This document shows, one piece after another, positions 38,238-47,899 of a stretch of 64,000 nt of DNA; position 1 is the stretch's first letter, and every line of letters begins with the position of its first letter. The translations under genes were made by a program, and so were the position numbers. Where the stretch lies: positions 352,001 to 416,000 of the forward strand of contig CAVPJU010000006.1 in NCBI GenBank assembly GCA_963705505.1. The letters are read 5' to 3'. This stretch comes from an uncultured bacterium (GTDB lineage: Bacteria > Desulfobacterota_D > UBA1144 > Nemesobacterales > UBA2774). Below the pieces are notes generated by a model. It saw only the letters and a list, made by a program, of their open reading frames with translations. It had not been told where the DNA came from and ran no database searches.

Positions 38238-38813
38238 TTAGTAGTAATTCAGATCGCTGTCGATCCAGTATTTTTCCGCGCCGACATTCGTGCGGAGAGC
38301 GATACCCTGCTTGGTGAGCTGATAAATAATTATATCCGAATCGAAGGGCACCGAACCGCTGGCGGCCGCACCCTGCGTCTTGGATTTCAACACGGCATCG
38401 CCCTGGACGCCGAAATCCCAGCCCTTGCTTATAAACTGCCTGAGGACGCTCTTGTTGTTGAAAATTATCAGTTCCCTGAAATCCGTAAGGGCCACTCCGA
38501 GTCCTACCCCGCCGCCGGCCATCCTCATGAAGGTCGTTTTCCCGTTTGCATTGTCGGTTATTACTCCGTAGCCGTTCCCCGAGCCGATGATAAGAAGCTG
38601 CGTGTTAATGTTGCTGAAGACGCCGTACCCGGCCGAGTGCTCGACTAAGTCCTTTACATACGGGTTTCTACTGTAAATCTCGGCAAGCGTATTGTCCCTC
38701 ATCTGGAGCACATAGGCCCTTTTCGACTGAGGGCTATAGCCCTGGGGCTTCGCGCACCCGTAAAATGACAGCAGAGAGAAAAGAAGGGAAAACAACAGCA
38801 GGCTTGTTCTCAT
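38238..38813 (-). CDS. YSC84/SYLF-related lipoprotein
   Basis: Lipobox FYGC; AGYGVF, GSGNGYG, GGGVGLG and YQLTKQG. Confidence 0.7.
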   Translation of the reverse strand: MRTSLLLFSLLFSLLSFYGCAKPQGYSPQSKRAYVLQMRDNTLAEIYSRNPYVKDLVEHSAGYGVFSNINTQLLIIGSGNGYGVITDNANGKTTFMRMAGGGVGLGVALTDFRELIIFNNKSVLRQFISKGWDFGVQGDAVLKSKTQGAAASGSVPFDSDIIIYQLTKQGIALRTNVGAEKYWIDSDLNYY

Positions 38814-39040
38814 ATATATCTCCTCATCCGGAAATTTTTAATATTCGTTCTCAAAAAACCGTGCTCATGAATTACTTATATTAACTTATTTTTATCAGTC
38901 CCATAACAATTTGATGCCGGCGCTGATAAATCAGGCAACTATTATATCATGCACTCTGGCAATCCCGGAAAAAGCTACATATAATGTCTTCGTTTTTAAA
39001 AACGCATAAATCAAATTCAATCTAAAAGCGCCGTACCTCC

Positions 39041-40411
39041 ATGAATCCCGGTAAAAAGAGCGGAATCGTGTTCCTGACTTCGGCCATAGCAGCGCTCGCA
39101 GGCCTGCTCCTGGGTTATGACACGGGGTCTATAAGCGGTGCGCTGGGTTTTATCTCGGACGCGTTCCGTCTAGACACGGTGGGGAAAGGGAGCGTCATCG
39201 CCGTGGTACTGATAGGGGGTATCCTGGGAGCGCTCATAAACGGCTTACTCGCGGACAGATTCGGAAGGAAGATAATGGTGCAGGGCGCTGCTCTGCTCTT
39301 CATCGCGGGAGCGGCCGCATCCGCCTTGTCTCATTCAGCCGGAACCCTACTCGCCTCGAGGTTTATGCTCGGGCTCGCGCTCGGAGCGGTTTCGGCATCG
39401 GCTCCGCTTTATATCGCGGAAATCTCCCCCGCAGCCGGGAGGGGAAGACAGGTTACGTATTTTCAGCTCGCCATAACGATAGGGATACTGCTCGGCTATT
39501 TCGTCGACAGGACGTTCACAGGCTCCGGGAACTGGAGGCTCATGCTGGGGACGAGCGCAGTCCCGGCGGCAGTACTGTTTTTCGGAATGTTCATACTGCC
39601 GCACAGCCCCAGGTGGCTCATCAAAATGGGTAAGGACCGGGAAGCGAAAGAGATACTTTTGAAAACATGCGGAGGGGACTCGTCTCTGGCGGATGCGGAA
39701 TTGAACGAGATACGGAAGGTCATATCCATGGAATCGAAAGGCGGGTTCACCGATATGCTGAGACCCCCCGTGAGCCGGGCGCTCGTCACGGGCATAGGAC
39801 TTTTTCTGATTCAGCAGTGGGTCGGCATAAATACAGTCATGTACTATGCGCCTTCCCTGTTCAGGGAAGCGGGTATGAAATCCGCGGATGCGGCTATTCT
39901 CGCTACGGTCAGTGTGGGCGTCGTGAACGTGCTCGCGACCTTCATTGCCGTATGGCTCATAGACAGAGCGGGGAGGAAGCCTCTCCTCTACGCCGGGCTG
40001 GGAGGGATGCTGATTTCCCTGACCGCGATCGGGTCGATATTCGCGCTCCGGGATTCGGGCGCAGGTCTCGAGATAGGCAGGGCTACGGTGATCGCCGTAT
40101 GGTTTTACATAGCCTGCTTCGCTTTTTCGACGGGACCGATCCCCTGGATTATAATGACTGAAATTTTCCCGCTGAACGTGAGAGGAAGGGCCGTGAGTAT
40201 CGCCACGATGTCGAGCTGGGGAGCGAACCTGGTAGTATCTTTTTCTTTCCTGCCCCTGCTGGAAGCTGTCGGAGCTTCCTATACGTACTGGCTATATGCG
40301 CTCGTGAGCCTGGGAGGGATCATATTCGTGCGGCGCCTGGTGCCCGAAACAAAGGGAATGACCCTCGAAGAGATCGAGGAAAAGCTCCTGGCGGAAAACA
40401 AGCGCCCGTAA
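39041..40411 (+). CDS. Sugar porter family MFS transporter
   Basis: GYDTG, DRFGRK, YIAEISP, QQWVGIN, EIFP and PETKG. Confidence 0.92.
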   Translation: MNPGKKSGIVFLTSAIAALAGLLLGYDTGSISGALGFISDAFRLDTVGKGSVIAVVLIGGILGALINGLLADRFGRKIMVQGAALLFIAGAAASALSHSAGTLLASRFMLGLALGAVSASAPLYIAEISPAAGRGRQVTYFQLAITIGILLGYFVDRTFTGSGNWRLMLGTSAVPAAVLFFGMFILPHSPRWLIKMGKDREAKEILLKTCGGDSSLADAELNEIRKVISMESKGGFTDMLRPPVSRALVTGIGLFLIQQWVGINTVMYYAPSLFREAGMKSADAAILATVSVGVVNVLATFIAVWLIDRAGRKPLLYAGLGGMLISLTAIGSIFALRDSGAGLEIGRATVIAVWFYIACFAFSTGPIPWIIMTEIFPLNVRGRAVSIATMSSWGANLVVSFSFLPLLEAVGASYTYWLYALVSLGGIIFVRRLVPETKGMTLEEIEEKLLAENKRP

Positions 40412-40451
40412 TAACCGCATTATATATTGAAGGGGGATTGATTTGCCGGAC

Positions 40452-40838
40452 TCAGGATTTGCCGTCCAGCTCCTGAAATACCTCTTTCGCTAACCTTAGC
40501 CCGTTGAGGGCGGCGGGAAAGCCCGCATAGACGAGAACCTGTATAATCACCTCCACGACCTCTTCCCTCGAGCACCCGCAATTAAGCGCGCCCTTGATAT
40601 GTATCTTGAGCTGATTTGGCGCAGTCCCGAGGGCGGTAAGGGCGGCGACGGCTGTAATCTCGCGGGACTTCATATCGAGACCCGGACGCGATGCTATCTC
40701 TCCGAAGACAAATTCCATCATATAGCGCACCATGTCGGGCGCTATATCGTTCAGGCTTTCAGCTGTTCTCTTTGAAGCCCCCGGAGATATCTCTTCGAGT
40801 TTTTCCACTCCCCGCTTATATTTATCGTCCGACATCAT
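40452..40838 (-). CDS. Carboxymuconolactone decarboxylase family protein
   Basis: FGEIASRPGLDMKSRE, HIKGAL and YAGFPAALN. Confidence 0.88.
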   Translation of the reverse strand: MMSDDKYKRGVEKLEEISPGASKRTAESLNDIAPDMVRYMMEFVFGEIASRPGLDMKSREITAVAALTALGTAPNQLKIHIKGALNCGCSREEVVEVIIQVLVYAGFPAALNGLRLAKEVFQELDGKS

Positions 40839-40929
40839 ATTTCTCCCGAATCCCTTTTAAGTACGCTTGAAAAGATTCCGAGCAAAGCCTATACTACGAT
40901 TTTTCATCAACTTTGTAAAGGGGAAAACC

Positions 40930-41232
40930 GTGCTAATACTGATCGCGAAATTCAGAACCAAGCCCGAGTGCCGGCAGCAGATGATAGTGATGTCACAGGG
41001 GATGCTGGGGCCTTCGAGAAGCGAGGAGGGGTGTATCGTTTACGAATTCCTCCAGGACCCATTCGACCCCGATTCATTCACCTTTTATGAGAGATGGAGG
41101 AGTCAAAAGGACCTCGACCTCCATTTTGAAAAGCCCTACTTCGAAGATTTCGCTTCAATATTCCCCGAGCTCATAGAGGGGACTGAAAGCATCGTTACAT
41201 ACGAGGTCACGGGGGAGAGCGTTTTAGCTTAA
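40930..41232 (+). CDS. Antibiotic-biosynthesis monooxygenase (ABM) family protein
   Basis: GTG start after GGGG; SRSEEGCIVY..FYERW..LDLHF. Confidence 0.8.
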   Translation: MLILIAKFRTKPECRQQMIVMSQGMLGPSRSEEGCIVYEFLQDPFDPDSFTFYERWRSQKDLDLHFEKPYFEDFASIFPELIEGTESIVTYEVTGESVLA

Positions 41233-41279
41233 TCATTCCCGATTGGACAGGCCCGGGCCCATACTTTAAGATAAGACCC

Positions 41280-42890
41280 ATGCGCTGCAGGTATTTTCTG
41301 ATAATCCTCTGTCTTTCTCTGATAACGGCATGCGGAAATAACGGTAAGACCGGCACGGGCGCAAGAGACACGATCAACGTAAACCTCGGAAACGAGCCAC
41401 CTTCGCTCGACTGGTCGCTCGCCACGGACAGCACGTCCGTTACGGTCATCAATAACATAATGGAGGGGCTGACAAAGTTCAGCGACGATTTCACACCGGA
41501 GCCCGACCTCGCGGAAAGCTGGCAGATCAGCGGGGACGGGAAGACGTATACGTTTAAGATCAGGGAAGGGGTCAAGTGGACGGACGGCAAACCGCTCACA
41601 GCGGGGGATTTCGAATATTCATGGAAGCGGATTCTGAACCCGGAAACGGGCGGGGACTACGCCTATTCCCTCTACGATGTCGAGAACGCGGAGGAATATA
41701 ATACGGGCAAGATAAAGGACCCGGAGCAGGTCGGCGTAAAAGCGCTCGACGATAAAACCCTTCAGGTAAAACTAAGGAGGCCGGCGGCGTATTTCCCCAG
41801 CATGCTCGCATTCATTACTACATTCCCAGAGAGGAAGGACGTCATAGAGAAACACGGGCTCGAATGGACTGAGCCCGAGAACATCGTTACGCTGGGCCCT
41901 TACAAGCTCACCTCGTGGAAGCACCACGACAGCATAATTCTCACCAAGAACCCCTCGTACTGGGGGGAGAAGCCTAAGATCGATAAAGTCAGACTCATCA
42001 TGAACGAAAACCCGTCGTCCGCCCTTGCCCAGTATGAAAGCGGCGAGCTCGACTATGCGGACAGCAAGAGCATACCGCCCCTCGAAGTGCCGAGGTTAAA
42101 AGACCTCCCGGATTTTACGACGACGCTTCAGTTCAGAGGGAACTACATAGCTTTTAACGTGCAGAAGCCTCCTTTCGACAACCCTCTCGTGAGAAAGGCT
42201 TTCGCCGCGTCCATAGACAGGAAGAGCATAGTGGACCTTATTCAGGGAGCGGGGATCATGACAAAATCCTGGATACCCAAGAATATGCTCGGCTACAACC
42301 CGGACATAGGGATCGACTTTAACCCCGAGCAGGCGAGGGAGTGGCTAAAGGAAGCCGGATACCCGGGCGGGAAAGGGTTCCCGGCTGTGACGTTCCTCTG
42401 GCCCGACGTGAGCAACAACAGGGTAATCGCGGAGGCGCTTCAGAGCATGTGGAAGGAGTATCTGGGAGTCGAGGTCGAGCTTATGAACCAGGAATGGAAG
42501 GTGTACCTGAGCACTATAAATACGGACCCTCCGGAGATCCACAGGGCCGGCTGGGGGGCCGATTTCCCCGACCCGCACAACTTCATGTCGCTATTCACAT
42601 GCTCGTCAGGGAACAACAGGACGAGGTGGTGCAACAGGGAATACGACGCTCTGGTAGAGAAAGCTGCGCAGGAGCTCGACCCCGGAAAGAGGAAGGCGCT
42701 TTACGACCAGGCGCAAAAGATACTTTTGGAAACCGACACGCCCATAGCGCCCTTTTATATATCGAACCAGCAGAACATGATAAAGCCCTATGTAAAAGGG
42801 CTTAAGCCGAACCCGCTCGACCTTGTTATATACAAGTACGTGTATTTCGAGGACGGCGGAGCGAAGGACACGAACGAGTCGGCGAACTAG
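41280..42890 (+). CDS. Peptide ABC transporter substrate-binding lipoprotein (OppA-like), orphan
   Basis: Lipobox LITAC; EPPSLD, W.DG.PLTA.DF.YSW, GPYKL and GWGADFPDP. Confidence 0.88.
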   Translation: MRCRYFLIILCLSLITACGNNGKTGTGARDTINVNLGNEPPSLDWSLATDSTSVTVINNIMEGLTKFSDDFTPEPDLAESWQISGDGKTYTFKIREGVKWTDGKPLTAGDFEYSWKRILNPETGGDYAYSLYDVENAEEYNTGKIKDPEQVGVKALDDKTLQVKLRRPAAYFPSMLAFITTFPERKDVIEKHGLEWTEPENIVTLGPYKLTSWKHHDSIILTKNPSYWGEKPKIDKVRLIMNENPSSALAQYESGELDYADSKSIPPLEVPRLKDLPDFTTTLQFRGNYIAFNVQKPPFDNPLVRKAFAASIDRKSIVDLIQGAGIMTKSWIPKNMLGYNPDIGIDFNPEQAREWLKEAGYPGGKGFPAVTFLWPDVSNNRVIAEALQSMWKEYLGVEVELMNQEWKVYLSTINTDPPEIHRAGWGADFPDPHNFMSLFTCSSGNNRTRWCNREYDALVEKAAQELDPGKRKALYDQAQKILLETDTPIAPFYISNQQNMIKPYVKGLKPNPLDLVIYKYVYFEDGGAKDTNESAN

Positions 42891-43029
42891 GTTAATCCCA
42901 CACGGAAAAGAAAGATTACCCCCACCTTTATCCTGATTTGGATTAAGCAGCATTGAGCCGGGAGCTAAGATGCTTTGGTGCTTTTGATTGTTCCTACCGT
43001 GGAGAGGGAAGTAAAAAAGAAGAAAAACT

Positions 43030-43245
43030 AAATCCTCCCTAGCCCTCCTTTTTCTAAGGAGGGGATTAAAAAGAAAAGCGAAAGAAAGCATTTCTCGCGT
43101 GCGCTCGAAATGACAGGATTGGTTAAGCGGAGGAGTAATGCAGAAATCGTATATGAACACACATTGTGTGGATTCCCGATAAAAGCATTCGGGAATGACA
43201 AAAGGAGAAAATCCACCCTGACCCTCCTTTACAAAAGGAGGGAAT
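43030..43245. repeat. Mosaic of REP-like palindromic elements in an intergenic region
   Basis: Two AAATCCnCCCnnnCCCTCCTTT..AAGGAGGG hairpins (43030-43067, 43208-43245) and two TGTCATT-type palindromes (43088-43115, 43169-43200). Confidence 0.6.
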
Positions 43246-43334
43246 GTAAAGAAAAAGATGAGATTTCGCGGCTCTTATAAGCAGGCGCTAAGATATGGAA
43301 ATCTTACGCATAAACCTCTATTGCCGTAAAAGGA

Positions 43335-44387
43335 TCAGCCTTTGAAATATGGGATGATGTCTTTTGCATAAGACTTGAGAGCCTTCTCGGGGTCGGGGCT
43401 GAATCTATAGAAAAGCACGAAATGCCTTACGCCCTTGCTAATATATTTCTCGATCTTCTTTATGCAATCCTTCACAGATCCTGTAATTGTAAAATCTATA
43501 ATGGCTTCCCTAGGGAAGAACTGTCCTATCTGCCTGAACTTCTGCCTGCCCGCCTCGTCCTGAGGGATGACGTTGAAATAATTAAGACCCTGGTATTCCT
43601 CGGGGATCTTTACATCGTATCCGGCTTTCTGAAGCTGATCCTGCATCACGAGCACGTATTTAAAGGGCTCGAGCGTCTTATAGGCCTCGTCCTCGTTCTT
43701 ACCGAGGGACGTAAACACCCAGAGAGCCGGGTCGATTTCTTTCATCTTGCGCCCCGCGTCCTTTGCGCTCTCCTTTATCACACCGAGATACTCGGCGTAG
43801 AGCTTCGGGTTTAAGTCTATCGGCAGCCATCCGTCGCCTAATTCGCCGACGAGCTTCAACCCTTTCGGAGTATGTGTAGCTAAATAGGTCGGAATCCTGT
43901 TCCTCTTGTAGGGCTTGACCTGTAAGAAGGCGCCCTTCATCTCGAAGAACTCGCCCTTATAATCGACGGGCCCTTCGGCGGCCCATAATTTCTGCATCAC
44001 CTGCATCGATTCCCTGAGTCTCGTAAGCGGCTTATTCCATTTTATCCCGTAAGCGTCGAGGTTCATGGACTCGCCCACGCCCAGTGTCAATGTAACCCTG
44101 CCTTTCGATAGGTGGTCTATGGAAGCAAGGCGCTGTGCGAAAACAGCGGGGTGCATCCTGTGAGGGTCGGATACCGTGCCGAGGCTGATGTTTTTCGTCA
44201 TCATTGCGGCTGCGGTAGCTATTGTCCACGCCTCATGCGCTTCCGTAGGGGAAACAAAAACCACATGGTCGGGATACCAGACAGTATCGAATCCGAGCTT
44301 GTCGGCCATTACCGAAAACTTGAGTAGACCATCCATATCAGCCCCGGGCATAGGGGCGGAAAGTCCGAATTTTATCTCTTTAGCCAT
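43335..44387 (-). CDS. LLM-class flavin-dependent oxidoreductase, probably F420-dependent
   Basis: GFDTVWYPDH, VSDPHRMHPAVFAQ, LGVGESMN and GDGWLP resemble F420-dependent LLM subfamilies. Confidence 0.8.
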   Translation of the reverse strand: MAKEIKFGLSAPMPGADMDGLLKFSVMADKLGFDTVWYPDHVVFVSPTEAHEAWTIATAAAMMTKNISLGTVSDPHRMHPAVFAQRLASIDHLSKGRVTLTLGVGESMNLDAYGIKWNKPLTRLRESMQVMQKLWAAEGPVDYKGEFFEMKGAFLQVKPYKRNRIPTYLATHTPKGLKLVGELGDGWLPIDLNPKLYAEYLGVIKESAKDAGRKMKEIDPALWVFTSLGKNEDEAYKTLEPFKYVLVMQDQLQKAGYDVKIPEEYQGLNYFNVIPQDEAGRQKFRQIGQFFPREAIIDFTITGSVKDCIKKIEKYISKGVRHFVLFYRFSPDPEKALKSYAKDIIPYFKG

Positions 44388-44562
44388 TTTTTACACCTCG
44401 CTTAAGATTGTGCTTTTCATTATAAACCGAAGAGAACGAAAAACACAATACTTCTATAACACGAAAAGCCTTACGGGTGTAATTAAACCGATTACGGTTG
44501 GATTTAATTAAACAGCCGGTGTTATAATAAATCCTTACCCGTCGATATAAGGAGGATAAGCC

Positions 44563-45585
44563 ATGAAATTCGGTGTGGGACTATTCGGAATGCAGACGCA
44601 TCAGGAGCTTCCTTACACGCATCCCGAGCTATATAAGAACACGCTCGAGCAGGTCAAGCTCGCCGAGAGCGTGAATTTCGATTCCGCATGGATATCGGAG
44701 CACCACTTTCTCGACGACGGATACTGCCCCTCCCCGGCTGTCATTGCGGCAGCGATGGCGGCGGTGACTTCGAGGATAAAAATTGGCTCGTCGGGCATCA
44801 TACTGCCCCTTCATAACCCGATCCGTGTCGCTGAGGACGCGGCGGTAGTAGATAACATCTCGAACGGGAGATTCAATTTAGGGGTGGTGCTCGGGTACAG
44901 GAAAGAGGAGTACGAAGGGATGGGCGTGCCGATGAAGCAGAGGCCCTCCAGAATGGACGAGGGGATAGAGGTTCTGGAAAAAGCGCTCAAAGGCGAGAAA
45001 TTCTCATACGAAGGGAAAAGGTATAAGTTCGAGAACGCGAAACTGACCCCGCGTCCCGTCCAGAATCCGATACCGATTTATATTGGGGCTTTCGAGGAGC
45101 CCGCGATAAGACGGGCAGGCAGGTTCGGATACCCCCTCCTGATTGGTCCCGGCAGGACTGTGGACATGGTGAGGGACACGCTCGGATACTACAACGATGA
45201 GGCGAAGAAATCGGGCAGGGACCCCGGGAGCGTCGAGCACATACTCCTGAGGGAGACATTCGTATCGCCCGACAGGAAGAAAGCGGTCGAAGGGGGGAAT
45301 AAGTACATTATCAGCATGTATAGATTCTATTTCTCACTCGGCGTAAAGATGTTCGTGAGGGGGAAGCAGCTCACGGGATTAGAGGACCCTCTTTTCGAGC
45401 ACCTTGCCGAAGACCGGTTCATAATCGGGACGCCCGAAGACTGCATCGAGGAGATAAAGATGTACAGGGATAAACTGGGTATCAACTATATCGCCTGCCG
45501 GATGGTATTCCCCCAGGCGACGCATGAGATAATCACGGAACTAATAAAAACATTCGGGAACAAAGTTATCCCGAATATCGGGTGA
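44563..45585 (+). CDS. LLM-class flavin-dependent oxidoreductase
   Basis: FDSAWISEHH, LPLHNPIRVAEDAAVVDNISNGR and PRPVQ. Confidence 0.85.
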   Translation: MKFGVGLFGMQTHQELPYTHPELYKNTLEQVKLAESVNFDSAWISEHHFLDDGYCPSPAVIAAAMAAVTSRIKIGSSGIILPLHNPIRVAEDAAVVDNISNGRFNLGVVLGYRKEEYEGMGVPMKQRPSRMDEGIEVLEKALKGEKFSYEGKRYKFENAKLTPRPVQNPIPIYIGAFEEPAIRRAGRFGYPLLIGPGRTVDMVRDTLGYYNDEAKKSGRDPGSVEHILLRETFVSPDRKKAVEGGNKYIISMYRFYFSLGVKMFVRGKQLTGLEDPLFEHLAEDRFIIGTPEDCIEEIKMYRDKLGINYIACRMVFPQATHEIITELIKTFGNKVIPNIG

Positions 45586-45709
45586 GATTATAAAGGGTTC
45601 AGCTTGATATTCCCGAACAATCGGCGAAAGCCCGGTTTAATTTCAGCTTTACTTGAATTCTCAAAACCTGAAAGTTATGATGTATGTAAATTAACGCTCT
45701 TTAAAAATT

Positions 45710-45880
45710 TATAGGTATAAGGTGCTTTCAGCTTAAAAGGGAAATCCGGTGTAGAATCCGGTGCAGCCCCTCGCTGCTGTAAGTAGTCCGTAAAGTCCCC
45801 CGCATTATGCCACTGGAGTCGGTTTTCCGGGAAGGCGCAGGGGAGTCCAGAGGCTACGAGCCAGAATATCTGCCTTATAA
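45710..45880 (+). promoter_or_regulatory. Cobalamin riboswitch
   Basis: AGGTGC..AAAAGGGAA-TCCGGTG-TAGAATCCGG-TGCAGCCCC..GCTGCTGTAA, GCCACTG..GGGAAGG and the B12 box GAGCCAGAATATCTGCC, upstream of a btuB-like gene. Confidence 0.92.
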
Positions 45881-45916
45881 CTGTGAATTTACTTTTCTTC
45901 GGGGAGGAGAAAGTAA

Positions 45917-47854
45917 ATGGATTTGCAATCCAACCTGCCCCCCGGCTGCCGCTCGGCTGAACCGGGGGTGCCCGTGATAAAAGTTTTCTTATCCGCATTT
46001 CTTATCATCTCTTCGATATCGGCGTACGCCCAGGAAGATAAGGGAGAAACGCTTGAGGAAGTGGTCGTTGAAGGCACTCCCGTAGAGCCGCCTCTCGATT
46101 ATCCGTCCGCCTTTTCGACCGTCATAGACCTCGATGATTTTCAGGGCGAGTACAACACCGCGTCTGAAATCCTCTCGTTCTCTCCGGGCGTTGTCGTTCG
46201 CGACTACGGAGGGTTCGGACAGCTGAAGACCATGTCCATAAGGGGCTCGTCGAACGACCAGGTGGTGATACTGCTCGACGGCGTGAGGCTCAATAACCCC
46301 ATAGGGGGAGGCGTCGACCTCTCGACGATACCCCTCAACTACGTGGAGAAATTCGAAATAATCCGGGGGGGAGCGTCCGCATTCGCCGGCACGGACGCGA
46401 TCGGGGGCCTGGTCAACATAGTAACTAAGAAAACGGATAAACCGTTCACGTTCGGCTCCGCGACGTACGGCTCGTACCAGACGTTCGGGCTCAACCTGTC
46501 GAGGGCGCAGAAGGTGGGGGACTTCAGCTATCTGGTCTCGTTCGCACACGCCCAGAGCGAGGGGGACTTTAAGTTCAAGTCGGTAAACGACCTCATACTC
46601 ACGAGGATAAACAACCAATTCCACTCGGAAAGCTTTCTCGGCAAAGTCAGCTACGACCCGGGGAACGGCTGGCAGATAAACATGCTCAACGAATTTTTCT
46701 ACGACGACAGGGGGGTGCCCGGCCTCGGGGAATTCCAGCAGCCGGACGCAAACCAGAATGATTTGAGGAACCTTACGAGCATAAACATATCCAAGGAAAA
46801 ATTCATGAGGCCCGACACGGACCTCGACATCCTGATATTCAACAGGTTCGACTACCTGAAATTCACGAACCCCGAGCCGACTGTCGGAATCCCGATCAGC
46901 TCGCTCAGCAAAACGTACTCATTCGGCATAAACCCTCAGGTCACGTGGTTTGCCCCTTACAACCAGGTAGTCACGTTCTCGACGGAGCTGATGGAGGAAA
47001 TCCTGCAAAACGACGATTTCGACAACCCGAAGCGGTTCATGTTCAGCTTGTTCGCCGCAGACGAAATAAACCTGCTCGACGATATGATAGTGATAAACCC
47101 CGTCATACGATACGACCTCTGGAATACGACGGGGACAACGACCACGACCGATTCGGGCGTATCCCCTAAACTCGGGGTTATAGTGACGCCGCTGAAATAT
47201 CTCTCGTTCAAGGCGAATATAGGGCGCTCGTACAGGGCGCCCAGCTTCGGAGAGCTCTTCTTCCCGAACGAAGGGTTCATCAGAGGCAATCCGGACCTCA
47301 AGCCCGAAACGGCTTACGACTTCGATATCGGCTTCATACTCTCGCACCCGCGCGGCTCGCTCGAAGTCACGTACTTCAGGAACCACATAGACGACCTCAT
47401 CCTGTTCGTATTCATAAGCGCGCAGACTATCCAGCCTCAAAACGTCGGGAACGTAAACGAGCAGGGGATCGAGACGAGCCTCGTACTGAAGCCGTTTAAA
47501 TATTTTGAACTCTTCGCCGGATACACGTTCCTCGACGGGGAGATAAACGAGACGGGAGCGCAGCTCCCGGGAAGGCCGAGGAACAAGTTCGACCTCAGGG
47601 CGGTATTCAACCTGAACTATGTATCCCTCTTCTGGGAAACCCACTACGTAGACAAAATACCTGTGAGCGCATTCCCGGACTCGGTCACCACGCCCGCGAG
47701 GACAACATACGACGTGGGCGCGAAAGCGGAATGGAAAAAATTCTTTTTTACATTCGAGATAAAGAACCTGTTGAATAACCTCGACGTGAGGGACGCGCTC
47801 GATTTCCCTCTGCCGGGAAGGACGTACTTCGCTACGGCGGGAGTTAATTTCTAA
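45917..47854 (+). CDS. btuB: TonB-dependent receptor, BtuB-like cobalamin transporter
   Basis: TonB-box-like ETLEEVVV, plug motifs SIRGS..QVVILLDG and GGLVNIVTK, NPDLKPE and a C-terminal F; under a B12 riboswitch. Confidence 0.85.
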   Translation: MDLQSNLPPGCRSAEPGVPVIKVFLSAFLIISSISAYAQEDKGETLEEVVVEGTPVEPPLDYPSAFSTVIDLDDFQGEYNTASEILSFSPGVVVRDYGGFGQLKTMSIRGSSNDQVVILLDGVRLNNPIGGGVDLSTIPLNYVEKFEIIRGGASAFAGTDAIGGLVNIVTKKTDKPFTFGSATYGSYQTFGLNLSRAQKVGDFSYLVSFAHAQSEGDFKFKSVNDLILTRINNQFHSESFLGKVSYDPGNGWQINMLNEFFYDDRGVPGLGEFQQPDANQNDLRNLTSINISKEKFMRPDTDLDILIFNRFDYLKFTNPEPTVGIPISSLSKTYSFGINPQVTWFAPYNQVVTFSTELMEEILQNDDFDNPKRFMFSLFAADEINLLDDMIVINPVIRYDLWNTTGTTTTTDSGVSPKLGVIVTPLKYLSFKANIGRSYRAPSFGELFFPNEGFIRGNPDLKPETAYDFDIGFILSHPRGSLEVTYFRNHIDDLILFVFISAQTIQPQNVGNVNEQGIETSLVLKPFKYFELFAGYTFLDGEINETGAQLPGRPRNKFDLRAVFNLNYVSLFWETHYVDKIPVSAFPDSVTTPARTTYDVGAKAEWKKFFFTFEIKNLLNNLDVRDALDFPLPGRTYFATAGVNF

Positions 47855-47899
47855 ACGGAAATAAAAATAAAAGAACCATCATCACAGGAGGAATTTCAA

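Noticed and set aside
38836..38856. Second Fur/Zur box upstream of the YSC84-like gene (TTTTAATATTCGTTCTCAAAA)
   Set aside because: Only one half-site matches the 9304 box, in an AT-rich background.
42606..43216. Minus-strand ORFs of 184 and 62 aa
   Set aside because: They overlap oppA antisense and run through palindromic repeats; they are not protein-like.
45675..46077. Minus-strand ORFs over the btuB leader
   Set aside because: They are antisense to the cobalamin riboswitch and the btuB start.
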